64,000 bases of DNA from assembly GCA_963662795.1 (NCBI GenBank), contig OY759746.1, forward strand, positions 2,624,001 to 2,688,000, written 5' to 3'. Both the position numbers and the translations under genes were made by a program. Origin of the DNA: Spirochaetia bacterium (GTDB lineage Bacteria; Spirochaetota; Spirochaetia; CADAEX01). The notes beneath the pieces were generated by a model. That model was not told where the DNA came from, did not search any database, and saw only the letters and a program-made list of their open reading frames with translations. Shown piece by piece: positions 56,105 through 64,000 of the stretch (its first letter is position 1; each line of letters opens with the position of its first letter).

Positions 56105-56914
56105 ATGAAATACTCACTCTGCATTACAACTCCCGAGGTGAAAGCTGTACTTCCTCTTGCCATGCTAAGAGGTTCTTTTATGGAAAAAACAGTAAAAGCT
56201 TCAAATTACGGTTATGCCGGTGTTGAACTTATGACAGTTGAGCCGCTCAAGGTCGATGCTTCCTTTATCAGGGATTCGCTTTTGTCGGGAGGTCTTGCGA
56301 TTTCCGCTGTTTCTTCCGGCGCTGTTTTGTCAACAGCCGGTCTCTCTCTCCTTGCGGAAGACGAAAAAACAAGAGCGGCCGCAGGGAAACGACTTTCTGA
56401 GCTGATTCAGTTTGCAGGCAGGACCGGGGCGAAAATTGTAACAATAGGCAGTTTCCGCGGCAGGGCTTCTTCAGTAGGAGGAAGCAGGAATGCTTACCGT
56501 ATTCCTTCCGCAGTTTTAAAGGAATCCTCAGCAGAAGCTGAATCCCTGAACGTAAGTATCGCACTTGAACCGATAAACCGTTTTGATTCGGATTTCCTGC
56601 ATACCGCGGATGAGGCCTCCGGCTTTATAGAAAATACCGGCTGCAGCAATCTAGGGATTCTGCTGGATACATTTCATATGAATATGGAAAGCCCTCCTTA
56701 CTCTGCCACAGGTAATGCTACCCTGTGGGATGAGGGTTGGTTTGTTTTTAATCTTGATGATGGTGATTCTTCTCAATTTATTGTTTCATCCGATATTGTA
56801 GTTGACAGTCTGGTGAAAATTGAAGTTTTTTATGATACTGAGGGAAATTTTCCTGTAACTGTTACCAGTCATACTGTTGGAGGGGGACCAGAAATCTATA
56901 ACATTAAATATTGA
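56105..56914 (+). CDS. Sugar-phosphate isomerase/epimerase (xylose-isomerase-like TIM barrel), truncated and fused to an unrelated C-terminus
   Basis: GYAGVEL, GSFRG, ALEPINRFD, LLDTFHMNME, then an abrupt switch near 56690 to unrelated sequence. Confidence 0.7.
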   Translation: MKYSLCITTPEVKAVLPLAMLRGSFMEKTVKASNYGYAGVELMTVEPLKVDASFIRDSLLSGGLAISAVSSGAVLSTAGLSLLAEDEKTRAAAGKRLSELIQFAGRTGAKIVTIGSFRGRASSVGGSRNAYRIPSAVLKESSAEAESLNVSIALEPINRFDSDFLHTADEASGFIENTGCSNLGILLDTFHMNMESPPYSATGNATLWDEGWFVFNLDDGDSSQFIVSSDIVVDSLVKIEVFYDTEGNFPVTVTSHTVGGGPEIYNIKY

Positions 56915-57044
56915 ATGGGATATTAATATTGATGGTGAAAAAAATCTTTGGGTTAAAATGTCAAATGATTCTATTGACTATTCAGGAATCTTTTATAACC
57001 TTATATGGTTTGTATCAAGATATTGAAAGATAACGGGATGTATT

Positions 57045-58415
57045 ATGAACTTTAGAATTGAAAAAGACACGATGGGCGAGGTAAGGGTACCGGAAGACAG
57101 GTACTGGGGCGCCCAGACACAGAGAAGTCTTGAGAACTTCCGGATCGGGAAAGAGAAAATGCCCATGGAGGTGATTACCGCACTTGCCGTAATCAAAAAG
57201 GCAGCTGCGGCTGTTAACAGCAGCCTGGGAAAGCTTGATGCCGGGAAAATGGATGCCATTGTAAAAGTCTGCGATGAAATTATTGATCATAAGCTTGACG
57301 GGCATTTCCCCCTGTCGGTATGGCAGACAGGCAGCGGTACCCAGAGCAATATGAATGTTAATGAGGTTATAGCAAACCGTGCCAACGAATTACTCGCATC
57401 CGGAGGGGAAAAAATACATCCCAATGATGATGTCAACATGTCCCAGAGCTCAAACGATGCCTTCCCTTCCGCGATGCATATCGCCTCTGTTCTTGAGACT
57501 GAAAATTCGCTTCTTCCAGCGATTGTAAAACTGCTTGGGACATTCAAGCGTCTTGAAAAAGAAAATGAGGGTATAATCAAAACCGGACGCACCCATCTTC
57601 AGGACGCGGTGCCTATTTCCTTTTCCCAGGAGATAAGCGCATGGACCCACATGCTTGAGAAAGGGAGGAAGAATGTCCTCATGTCGCTCGAAGGGCTGCG
57701 CTCTCTTGCTCTCGGCGGCACTGCCGTCGGGACAGGGCTTAACGCGCACCCTGATTTCGGACGGATGGCAGCTGAAGAAATAAGCAGAATAACCGATGTA
57801 AAATTCTTCACAGCGAAAAATAAATTCCACGCGCTTTCAAGCAGGGATGATCTTCTCTTTGCGCACGGCGCGCTTAAGGCCCTTGCCGCGGATCTAATGA
57901 AGATAGCAAACGATATAAGGTGGCTTGCAAGCGGACCGAGGTGCGGGCTGGGGGAGATTACAATACCTGAAAATGAGCCCGGCAGCTCAATTATGCCCGG
58001 AAAAGTCAACCCTACCCAGTGCGAGGCGCTTACAATGGCAGCCTGCCAGGTCATGGCAAACGATACAGCAGTAACCCTTGCTTCTTCCCAGGGGAATTTC
58101 CAGCTGAATGTTTTTATGCCGCTGTGTATTTACAACTATCTGCAGTCAGTCCGGCTTCTGTCTGATTCTATGAATTCGTTTAACGATAACTGCGCCTGCG
58201 GCATAAAACCTGACAGGGCAAAAATGAAAAGCAATCTTGACCGGTCCCTTATGCTTGTCACAGCCTTAAATCCTAAAATAGGCTATGAAAACTCTGCAAA
58301 AGTCGCCAAGCTGGCCTTTGAAAAAGGGATTACCCTGAAGGAGGCTGTAATAGAATTGAACCTGCTTACGGGAAAAGAGTTTGACGATCTTGTGAAACCT
58401 GAAAAAATGGTCTGA
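57045..58415 (+). CDS. fumC: Class II fumarate hydratase
   Basis: WGAQTQRS, WQTGSGTQSNMN, GRTHLQDA, GSSIMPGKVNPTQCE. Confidence 0.96.
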   Translation: MNFRIEKDTMGEVRVPEDRYWGAQTQRSLENFRIGKEKMPMEVITALAVIKKAAAAVNSSLGKLDAGKMDAIVKVCDEIIDHKLDGHFPLSVWQTGSGTQSNMNVNEVIANRANELLASGGEKIHPNDDVNMSQSSNDAFPSAMHIASVLETENSLLPAIVKLLGTFKRLEKENEGIIKTGRTHLQDAVPISFSQEISAWTHMLEKGRKNVLMSLEGLRSLALGGTAVGTGLNAHPDFGRMAAEEISRITDVKFFTAKNKFHALSSRDDLLFAHGALKALAADLMKIANDIRWLASGPRCGLGEITIPENEPGSSIMPGKVNPTQCEALTMAACQVMANDTAVTLASSQGNFQLNVFMPLCIYNYLQSVRLLSDSMNSFNDNCACGIKPDRAKMKSNLDRSLMLVTALNPKIGYENSAKVAKLAFEKGITLKEAVIELNLLTGKEFDDLVKPEKMV

Positions 58416-58449
58416 TGCTTACCGGTGAAATAATATGCTGACTGAGCAT

Positions 58450-58485
58450 TTAAACAGCACATCAAATTCTGCTTCCGCTGTTTAA
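58450..58485. terminator. Hairpin between convergent fumC and cupin genes
   Basis: TTAAACAGC...GCTGTTTAA. Confidence 0.45.
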
Positions 58486-58513
58486 GTTAAAAACCTGTCA
58501 GCTTATCTACGGT

Positions 58514-58846
58514 TCAGCTGTAATATTTTTTATAATCTTCCCTGACAGGGGAGAACACCTCGACAGCAATAGAATCCTCAATTATTTCAGCATGGTGTAT
58601 AACATCGGGAGGAATGCACCAACTGAACCCCTTCTTCATTTCGTGTGCTATATCAGCAATATAAAGAATGATTCTCCCTGATACAAGATACCCTGTCTGC
58701 TCGGACGGATGGCTGTGTAACGGCAGCTTACTGCCTGCAGCCATTTTGAATTCACTCATCAGTGTGTTTTCCCCGTATACAAGTGTTCTTACATCTATCC
58801 CTTCTATTGCTTTAAAATATCCGCTATCTGATGGTTTATTTGTCAT
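58514..58846 (-). CDS. Cupin domain protein
   Basis: [15 protein letters not shown]...[12 protein letters not shown]. Confidence 0.88.
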   Translation of the reverse strand: MTNKPSDSGYFKAIEGIDVRTLVYGENTLMSEFKMAAGSKLPLHSHPSEQTGYLVSGRIILYIADIAHEMKKGFSWCIPPDVIHHAEIIEDSIAVEVFSPVREDYKKYYS

Positions 58847-58954
58847 ATAAATTCCTCTGCAGGTGTGGAGTTTTTTTTAATCCCCGTACTCGAAAATCAA
58901 AAAAACAGCCGAAGAAAAATATCTCCGGCTGAAGTAATTTTAATAAAAACAGTT

Positions 58955-59338
58955 TTATTTGATTTTTGGGGCAGCTGGTTTTTTTGCTGCTTTTGGTTTT
59001 GCTGCAGGTTTTGTTTTTGCCTTGGCAGCCGGTTTTGCAGCCAGTTTTGTCTCGGCAGCTTTGATTTCTGCCTTGGATAATTTTTTTACTTTTAGAACAG
59101 GTTCGTTTTCCTTCGCTATTTTCTGTCCCAATTCCGGAATAACTATTTCGTCTCTTTTCATTATTTCCGAATCAATTTTTTCAACGAAATTTTCAACTGC
59201 GCCAATAAGGGATTCTGTAGCAAAATAAAGTTTTCCGATCTGTATGTCTTTAAGTGCGGCAAAATCTTCCGCTTTTGCTGTATTTGCTGCTGCAACAAGG
59301 TCAGCAATCAATTTATCAAGTTTTGCATAAGTTATCAT
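58955..59338 (-). CDS. Hypothetical protein with histone-H1-like Lys/Ala/Pro tail
   Basis: C-terminus AAKPAAKAKTKPAAKPKAAKKPAAPKIK; GGAGG RBS before ATG 59338. Confidence 0.7.
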   Translation of the reverse strand: MITYAKLDKLIADLVAAANTAKAEDFAALKDIQIGKLYFATESLIGAVENFVEKIDSEIMKRDEIVIPELGQKIAKENEPVLKVKKLSKAEIKAAETKLAAKPAAKAKTKPAAKPKAAKKPAAPKIK

Positions 59339-59511
59339 AATTTCCTCCATCAGTATTTTACTATCTAATTATATATATTTCAATAATAAAATATTGCCGT
59401 TTTTTATTTACAGCGCTTCTGTATTTATTTTGACAAGCTTTTTTTCAGTAAACAAAAAAAAGTACCGTTATCATGATATCAGTATTATAATCAATTGAGG
59501 CCTATAAAGAC

Positions 59512-61326
59512 ATGATCGGATTCAGAAAAAGCATAGGGTTTGAATTATCAGGTTATATTCTCATAACAATGATTCTTTTCCTGGCCGCCATACTTGTCTT
59601 CAGCATAAAATATATCAGTACTTTTTTTATTAATGCTGCGGAAGATCAGTCAATGACTGTTCTTTATGAAACCGACTATAAGATAAAGAGCTTTTTTAAC
59701 GATATTGAAAATCTTTCGGAATCGCTGATTAATTACAGCGCTGTATACGAAGTGAGGACTTCTGAGATGAAGGAACTGTTTATCTCAAATGTTCTTGCAA
59801 GGAAAAAATATTTAAGGGCCATTTACCTGGGAACAAAAACTGATAAAATGTACGAATGGGGCTATGGCGAGGGATTCATTGATTATACCCCGAGTTTCCC
59901 TGAGGGTTACAGTCCTGTCTACAGGCCATGGTATAAAACTGCAATTGAAAAAAAATCCCATGCAATTACAAACCCCTATGTCTATGCAAGCATAGATAAA
60001 ACCGGAATTACAAGCGTAAATCCTGTTTATAATACTGAAACCGGAGAATTCACCGGAGTTCTGGGCATAGATATAATGCTTGACTCGATGAGCGATTTCC
60101 TTGAAGAGATAAATATTACAAATAACGGAAAAATAGTGCTGCTCACCGATACAGGTTATATAATTGCAAGTCAGTTCAAAGATTTGGAAGGAATATCATC
60201 ATCCATACATGATGTGCTCATCGAAAATCTTAAAAATATGATAGACGCTCATACCGGCAGATTTTTTACCCGCCTGAAGGGGGATGACTATTTTATTGTT
60301 TATAACAGAAATACAATAACCGGCTGGATTATCGCAATTGGATACCCCTATTCAGGAATAACTGAGGGGCTTGATAAAACACTTCTGGTAATATCTGCAG
60401 TGTATCTGCTGCTTACAATAATGCTGACAATCACGCTTGCGGGGATAAGCCGTCAGCTTATAGTAAAGCCTCTTGAAAATCTTGTTTCAGTAATGAAAAT
60501 GATTGAGAGCGGCAATCATGCTGCAAGGGCGGATGTAACAACCGAAAATGAATTTTCCATCCTTGGAGCTCAGTTTAACAGACTGTTTGAACTTGTACAG
60601 GAATATTCACAGTGCCTTGAGAAAAAAGTCGACGAGAGAACAAGGGAAGTGATACATCTGCAGCATGAAAACACCCGGCTCAGGATAATCGAGGAGAAGG
60701 AGAGAATAATAAGTGAATTGCATGATTCAATCGGCGCAAAACTTACCAATATCAATATCTGCAACAATGTAGCCATCAGCCTTGCCGGCCGGGAGGAAGG
60801 CGATCTTCTCAGGATGCTCAAGGTGACGGATGATAATTGTACAAACGCCATGCATGAACTCCGGGATATTGTGAACGGCATAAGCAGGCAGAATGCCTCT
60901 GAGCAGCTGATCTGTTTTATCGAGGAGGAAATACCGGACCGCCTTGAGCTGAAAAATATTACTGCTGCCGTTAAGTGGAAAGTGAGAAAGAAAACATTTA
61001 TCTCAGGTATTACAGAAGAAACTGCCGGAGAACTGGTTAAAATCATTGAAGAGCTTACCAGTAATATCTTGAAACATTCAATGGCGAATAACGTTAAAAT
61101 TGAAATTTCAATGATGAAGAAAATATTTGAAATAGTATTCAGGGATAATGGAACAGGCTTTAATCCCGAAATTCAAGGCAGCGCTGATAAAGGATACGGA
61201 CTTAGAAATATCAGGCAGAGAATTGAAAAAACCGGCGGTACTGTAAGGATTGAATCAAAACATGGCGGAGGGACATCTGTCTTCCTTGTTTTCCCTGCTG
61301 CAGGAGCAGTTATTGAAACAGCTTAG
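59512..61326 (+). CDS. dCache-HAMP sensor histidine kinase (HisKA_3/NarX-like)
   Basis: YRPWY, NPY, GVLGID in dCache; HAMP; ERIISELHDSIG; SNILKHS, DNGTGF, GYGL. Confidence 0.9.
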   Translation: MIGFRKSIGFELSGYILITMILFLAAILVFSIKYISTFFINAAEDQSMTVLYETDYKIKSFFNDIENLSESLINYSAVYEVRTSEMKELFISNVLARKKYLRAIYLGTKTDKMYEWGYGEGFIDYTPSFPEGYSPVYRPWYKTAIEKKSHAITNPYVYASIDKTGITSVNPVYNTETGEFTGVLGIDIMLDSMSDFLEEINITNNGKIVLLTDTGYIIASQFKDLEGISSSIHDVLIENLKNMIDAHTGRFFTRLKGDDYFIVYNRNTITGWIIAIGYPYSGITEGLDKTLLVISAVYLLLTIMLTITLAGISRQLIVKPLENLVSVMKMIESGNHAARADVTTENEFSILGAQFNRLFELVQEYSQCLEKKVDERTREVIHLQHENTRLRIIEEKERIISELHDSIGAKLTNINICNNVAISLAGREEGDLLRMLKVTDDNCTNAMHELRDIVNGISRQNASEQLICFIEEEIPDRLELKNITAAVKWKVRKKTFISGITEETAGELVKIIEELTSNILKHSMANNVKIEISMMKKIFEIVFRDNGTGFNPEIQGSADKGYGLRNIRQRIEKTGGTVRIESKHGGGTSVFLVFPAAGAVIETA

Positions 61327-61966
61327 CGTGTATATTGTTGAGGATGTAAATGAAGTCAGAGAGGGGCTCCGCTACCTTTTGAGCCTTGACGGGGAAATCA
61401 ATGTTATTTCTACATTCAGCTGTGCTGAAGAACTGATTCTTGATCTTTCCCGCGGCGGACGTGCTGATGTTATACTGATGGATATCGGTTTACCGGGTAT
61501 GGACGGTATTGAGGCGACAAAGGTTGTCAAGAAGTGTTATCCCCATATCAGCGTATTAATGCTTACTGTGTTCGGTGAACAGGAAAAAATTATCCGGGCT
61601 GTAAAAGCCGGGGCTTCAGGGTATGTTCTTAAAAACACAAAACCGTCACAGCTTTCAGACCAGATTAAATCCATAAGAAACGGCGGCTCTCCCATAAGTC
61701 CTGAAGCGGCAAGCAAGCTTTTTGAGGAATTCAAGAAAGATGAAAAAACATCTGTTCCCGGAGATGATGATGCCTACAATCTTACCGCACGGGAAAAAGA
61801 AATACTGAAAAGCATTGCAAACGGTTATACATATAGGGAAATAGCCGGTATCTTTAAAATTTCAAGCGCAACTGTCAAAAAGCATATACTCCATATTTAC
61901 CGTAAGCTTGATGTTTCATCAAAAGTGGAATTTATGAAAAAAGTACTGAATGAGAATCTGCTTTAA
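61313..61966 (+). CDS. NarL/LuxR-family response regulator
   Basis: IVED, LMDIGLPGMDG, MLT, GASGYVLK, LTAREKEIL HTH; TTG start after GGAG. Confidence 0.92.
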   Translation: MKQLSVYIVEDVNEVREGLRYLLSLDGEINVISTFSCAEELILDLSRGGRADVILMDIGLPGMDGIEATKVVKKCYPHISVLMLTVFGEQEKIIRAVKAGASGYVLKNTKPSQLSDQIKSIRNGGSPISPEAASKLFEEFKKDEKTSVPGDDDAYNLTAREKEILKSIANGYTYREIAGIFKISSATVKKHILHIYRKLDVSSKVEFMKKVLNENLL

Positions 61967-62009
61967 AAAACTATCCCCCCCCAATTGGTGTACGGTTCAG
62001 CCTGCTTAT

Positions 62010-62036
62010 TCATGCATATCACCCTTTTATGCATGA
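62010..62036. promoter_or_regulatory. Inverted repeat upstream of gltP, candidate response-regulator site
   Basis: TCATGCATA...TATGCATGA. Confidence 0.4.
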
Positions 62037-62112
62037 TAAATGGTTCATATGGTGTATTTACATACTGTATTTCCCGTTGTCTAATTAATTAAATTATCCA
62101 AAGGGGGAAATA

Positions 62113-63399
62113 ATGAGTTCTGAAATCAGGAAAAAAGGGATGTTTGATTTTTATTTCAAAACAAACCTTTTAATGAGAATTCTTGTCGGTCTTATACTCG
62201 GAGCAATAGCAGGTATTGTGTTTGGCAGTAAAATAGCCTGGGTTAATCCTTTCGGCAGCCTGTTCATCAATCTTCTTAAAATGATTGTAACACCTGTAAT
62301 TCTTTCAACACTTGTCGTAGGTGCTGCGAGCATAAGCCCTGCAAAACTTGGAAAAGTAGGGGTAAAGATTATTGTCTATTATCTTTTGACTTCTGCATTT
62401 GCTGTAGCAATCGGTCTTCTTGCCGCAAATATTTTCAAGCCCGGGATGGGACTTGCTCTCGCGGGCGCCGCCGATGCTGCAGGGAAAACATTAACTCAGC
62501 CTTCGCTTATCGATACTCTTCTTAAAATCGTTCCCACAAATCCTTTTGCATCAATATCATCAGGTGATGTTCTTCCGATTATCTTTTTCGCGATACTTTT
62601 CGGTATAGGTATTTCCTACCTGAAAATAAGCAGTGACGCGAGGATAAAGGCGGCCGGCGATGTACTTTTTGATGTTTTTGACGGTGCGGCAGAGGTTATG
62701 TATATGGTTGTTGGATGGGTCCTCCAGTATGCGCCGATAGGTGTTTTCGCTCTTATCGCTGTTGTTTTCGGGAAACAGGGAGCCCAGGCATTCGGGCCTC
62801 TGGGAGCAGTAACGCTTACAACATACCTTGCACTGATTATTCATGTAGTTGTAGTTTACGGCCTTATCCTTACAATTAACAAACTGAGTTTTATAAAGTT
62901 TCTTAAAGGGGCAAGAGCTCCCATGATTACAGCGTTTGTAACAAGAAGCAGCTCAGGTACACTGCCTGTTACCATGAAGGCAGCATCTGAGAATCTTGGA
63001 ATAGGAAAAAATGTTTATTCTTTTACCCTTCCGCTTGGAGCCACTATCAACATGGACGGAACCGCGATCTATCAGGGTGTCTGCGCTCTGTTTATAGGAT
63101 ATGCTATAGGACTTCCTCTCGGATTCGGACAGCAGATGACTATAATCATAACAGCAGTACTTGCTTCAATCGGAACAGCCGGTGTACCCGGGGCCGGGGC
63201 AATAATGCTTCTTATGGTTCTAAACTCAATAGGCCTTCCTGTTGAGGCAGGGACACCGGTTGCAGCAGCCTATGCGATGATTCTCGGAATTGACGCCCTC
63301 CTTGACATGGGCAGAACTTCTGTAAACGTTACCGGAGACATGGTTGGAACTGCCATAGTTGCAAAGAGTGAAAAGCAGCTTGACCTTGCAAAATGGTAA
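62113..63399 (+). CDS. gltP: Dicarboxylate/amino acid:cation symporter (GltP/GltPh-like Asp/Glu transporter)
   Basis: AFVTRSSSGTLP, GATINMDGT, ASIGTAGVPG, DMGRTSVNV. Confidence 0.9.
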   Translation: MSSEIRKKGMFDFYFKTNLLMRILVGLILGAIAGIVFGSKIAWVNPFGSLFINLLKMIVTPVILSTLVVGAASISPAKLGKVGVKIIVYYLLTSAFAVAIGLLAANIFKPGMGLALAGAADAAGKTLTQPSLIDTLLKIVPTNPFASISSGDVLPIIFFAILFGIGISYLKISSDARIKAAGDVLFDVFDGAAEVMYMVVGWVLQYAPIGVFALIAVVFGKQGAQAFGPLGAVTLTTYLALIIHVVVVYGLILTINKLSFIKFLKGARAPMITAFVTRSSSGTLPVTMKAASENLGIGKNVYSFTLPLGATINMDGTAIYQGVCALFIGYAIGLPLGFGQQMTIIITAVLASIGTAGVPGAGAIMLLMVLNSIGLPVEAGTPVAAAYAMILGIDALLDMGRTSVNVTGDMVGTAIVAKSEKQLDLAKW

Positions 63400-63425
63400 A
63401 CCTGGTAAACCGCAGTTTTTAATAA

Positions 63426-64000
63426 TTAAGATGCATCCATGATTGGAGGCGGGATTTTTACAATGTCTGATGGGAATACAGAACTTGTCTTTGTATTTTC
63501 ATCAGACATCCTTTTATTTAAGGTCTCATGCAGATCATTTACAATATTTGAGTAGATAATGAAAGCGTCATACGGTGAATAAAAATAGTTAAAGTATTTA
63601 TGTATTTCTCCGTCCTGAAAATATTTTGTGGACATATAGTAAAAATGGTCAGATGTCTGGAGCTTTCTCCATGTATCGATAAGCTCATCGCTTCCGGTTT
63701 GTTTTATTGCTGTTTCCAGCCTGTAAATCATATTTAGTGCAGACCTCTGCATGGCATTTCCAGTCCATGCTGACAAGTCTCTCTCTTTATCTGCCCAGGA
63801 TGTGTAGTCCGGAACATCAATGATTCCCGCGCTTTTATGGCGTGCTTCAGCTTCTTTCGGCAGGATTAAATCTATATCTGTTTTCTGAATGATTGCAGAA
63901 ACAAAGTCCTGAAAGAAAGAAAAAATGCCTGTTTCTCTCCATTGATGTTCCCCGAATGTCTCAAAGTCCATAAAGAGATTGATAAGCTCACGGTCAGAAA
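63426..64000 (-). CDS. Glycoside hydrolase family 57 (alpha-amylase type), 3' part only
   Basis: DFETFGEHQW, SWAD.ERD.SAW.GN..Q, LQTSDHFYYM, SPYDAF; the frame stays open to the window edge. Confidence 0.88.
   Translation of the reverse strand, partial: SDRELINLFMDFETFGEHQWRETGIFSFFQDFVSAIIQKTDIDLILPKEAEARHKSAGIIDVPDYTSWADKERDLSAWTGNAMQRSALNMIYRLETAIKQTGSDELIDTWRKLQTSDHFYYMSTKYFQDGEIHKYFNYFYSPYDAFIIYSNIVNDLHETLNKRMSDENTKTSSVFPSDIVKIPPPIMDAS

Overview
64 kb of ordinary-density chromosomal DNA of moderate-to-low GC. It probably comes from an anaerobic Spirochaetota-like bacterium (inference from the homodimeric GlyRS, tRNA-Ala(CGC), sigma54 regulators and lipoprotein-type binding proteins). No integrase, transposase, CRISPR array or phage genes were recognised. 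Left to right: a TetR-MFP-AcrB efflux unit; a sigma54/PrpR-controlled TRAP operon with two LarA-family isomerases, an Fe-ADH, RidA, a racemase-like protein and glycerate 2-kinase; a 79-bp tandem array that repeats the regulator's HTH-coding 3' end with mostly synonymous variants; an RpiR/dehydrogenase/FGGY kinase/aldolase unit; an Orange-protein (ORP)-type Fe-S/NifX cluster with a PAS sigma54 regulator; gltX-glyQS-tyrS; MscS/NfeD/SPFH; efp; a candidate ~80-nt anti-Shine-Dalgarno sRNA; an orphan DNA methyltransferase; ugpBAEC; tRNA-Ala; a nuclease pseudogene; actP/DUF485; fumC; an H1-like-tail protein; a dCache two-component system next to gltP; and a partial GH57 gene. The best candidate for an undescribed system is the 1099-aa PHP-sCache-PAS-CBS-DUF294 protein divergent from actP. 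It reads like a membrane-anchored, carboxylate-sensing nucleotidyltransferase with a fused phosphoesterase (writer plus eraser). All family calls come from motifs recognised by eye; no database searches were run.
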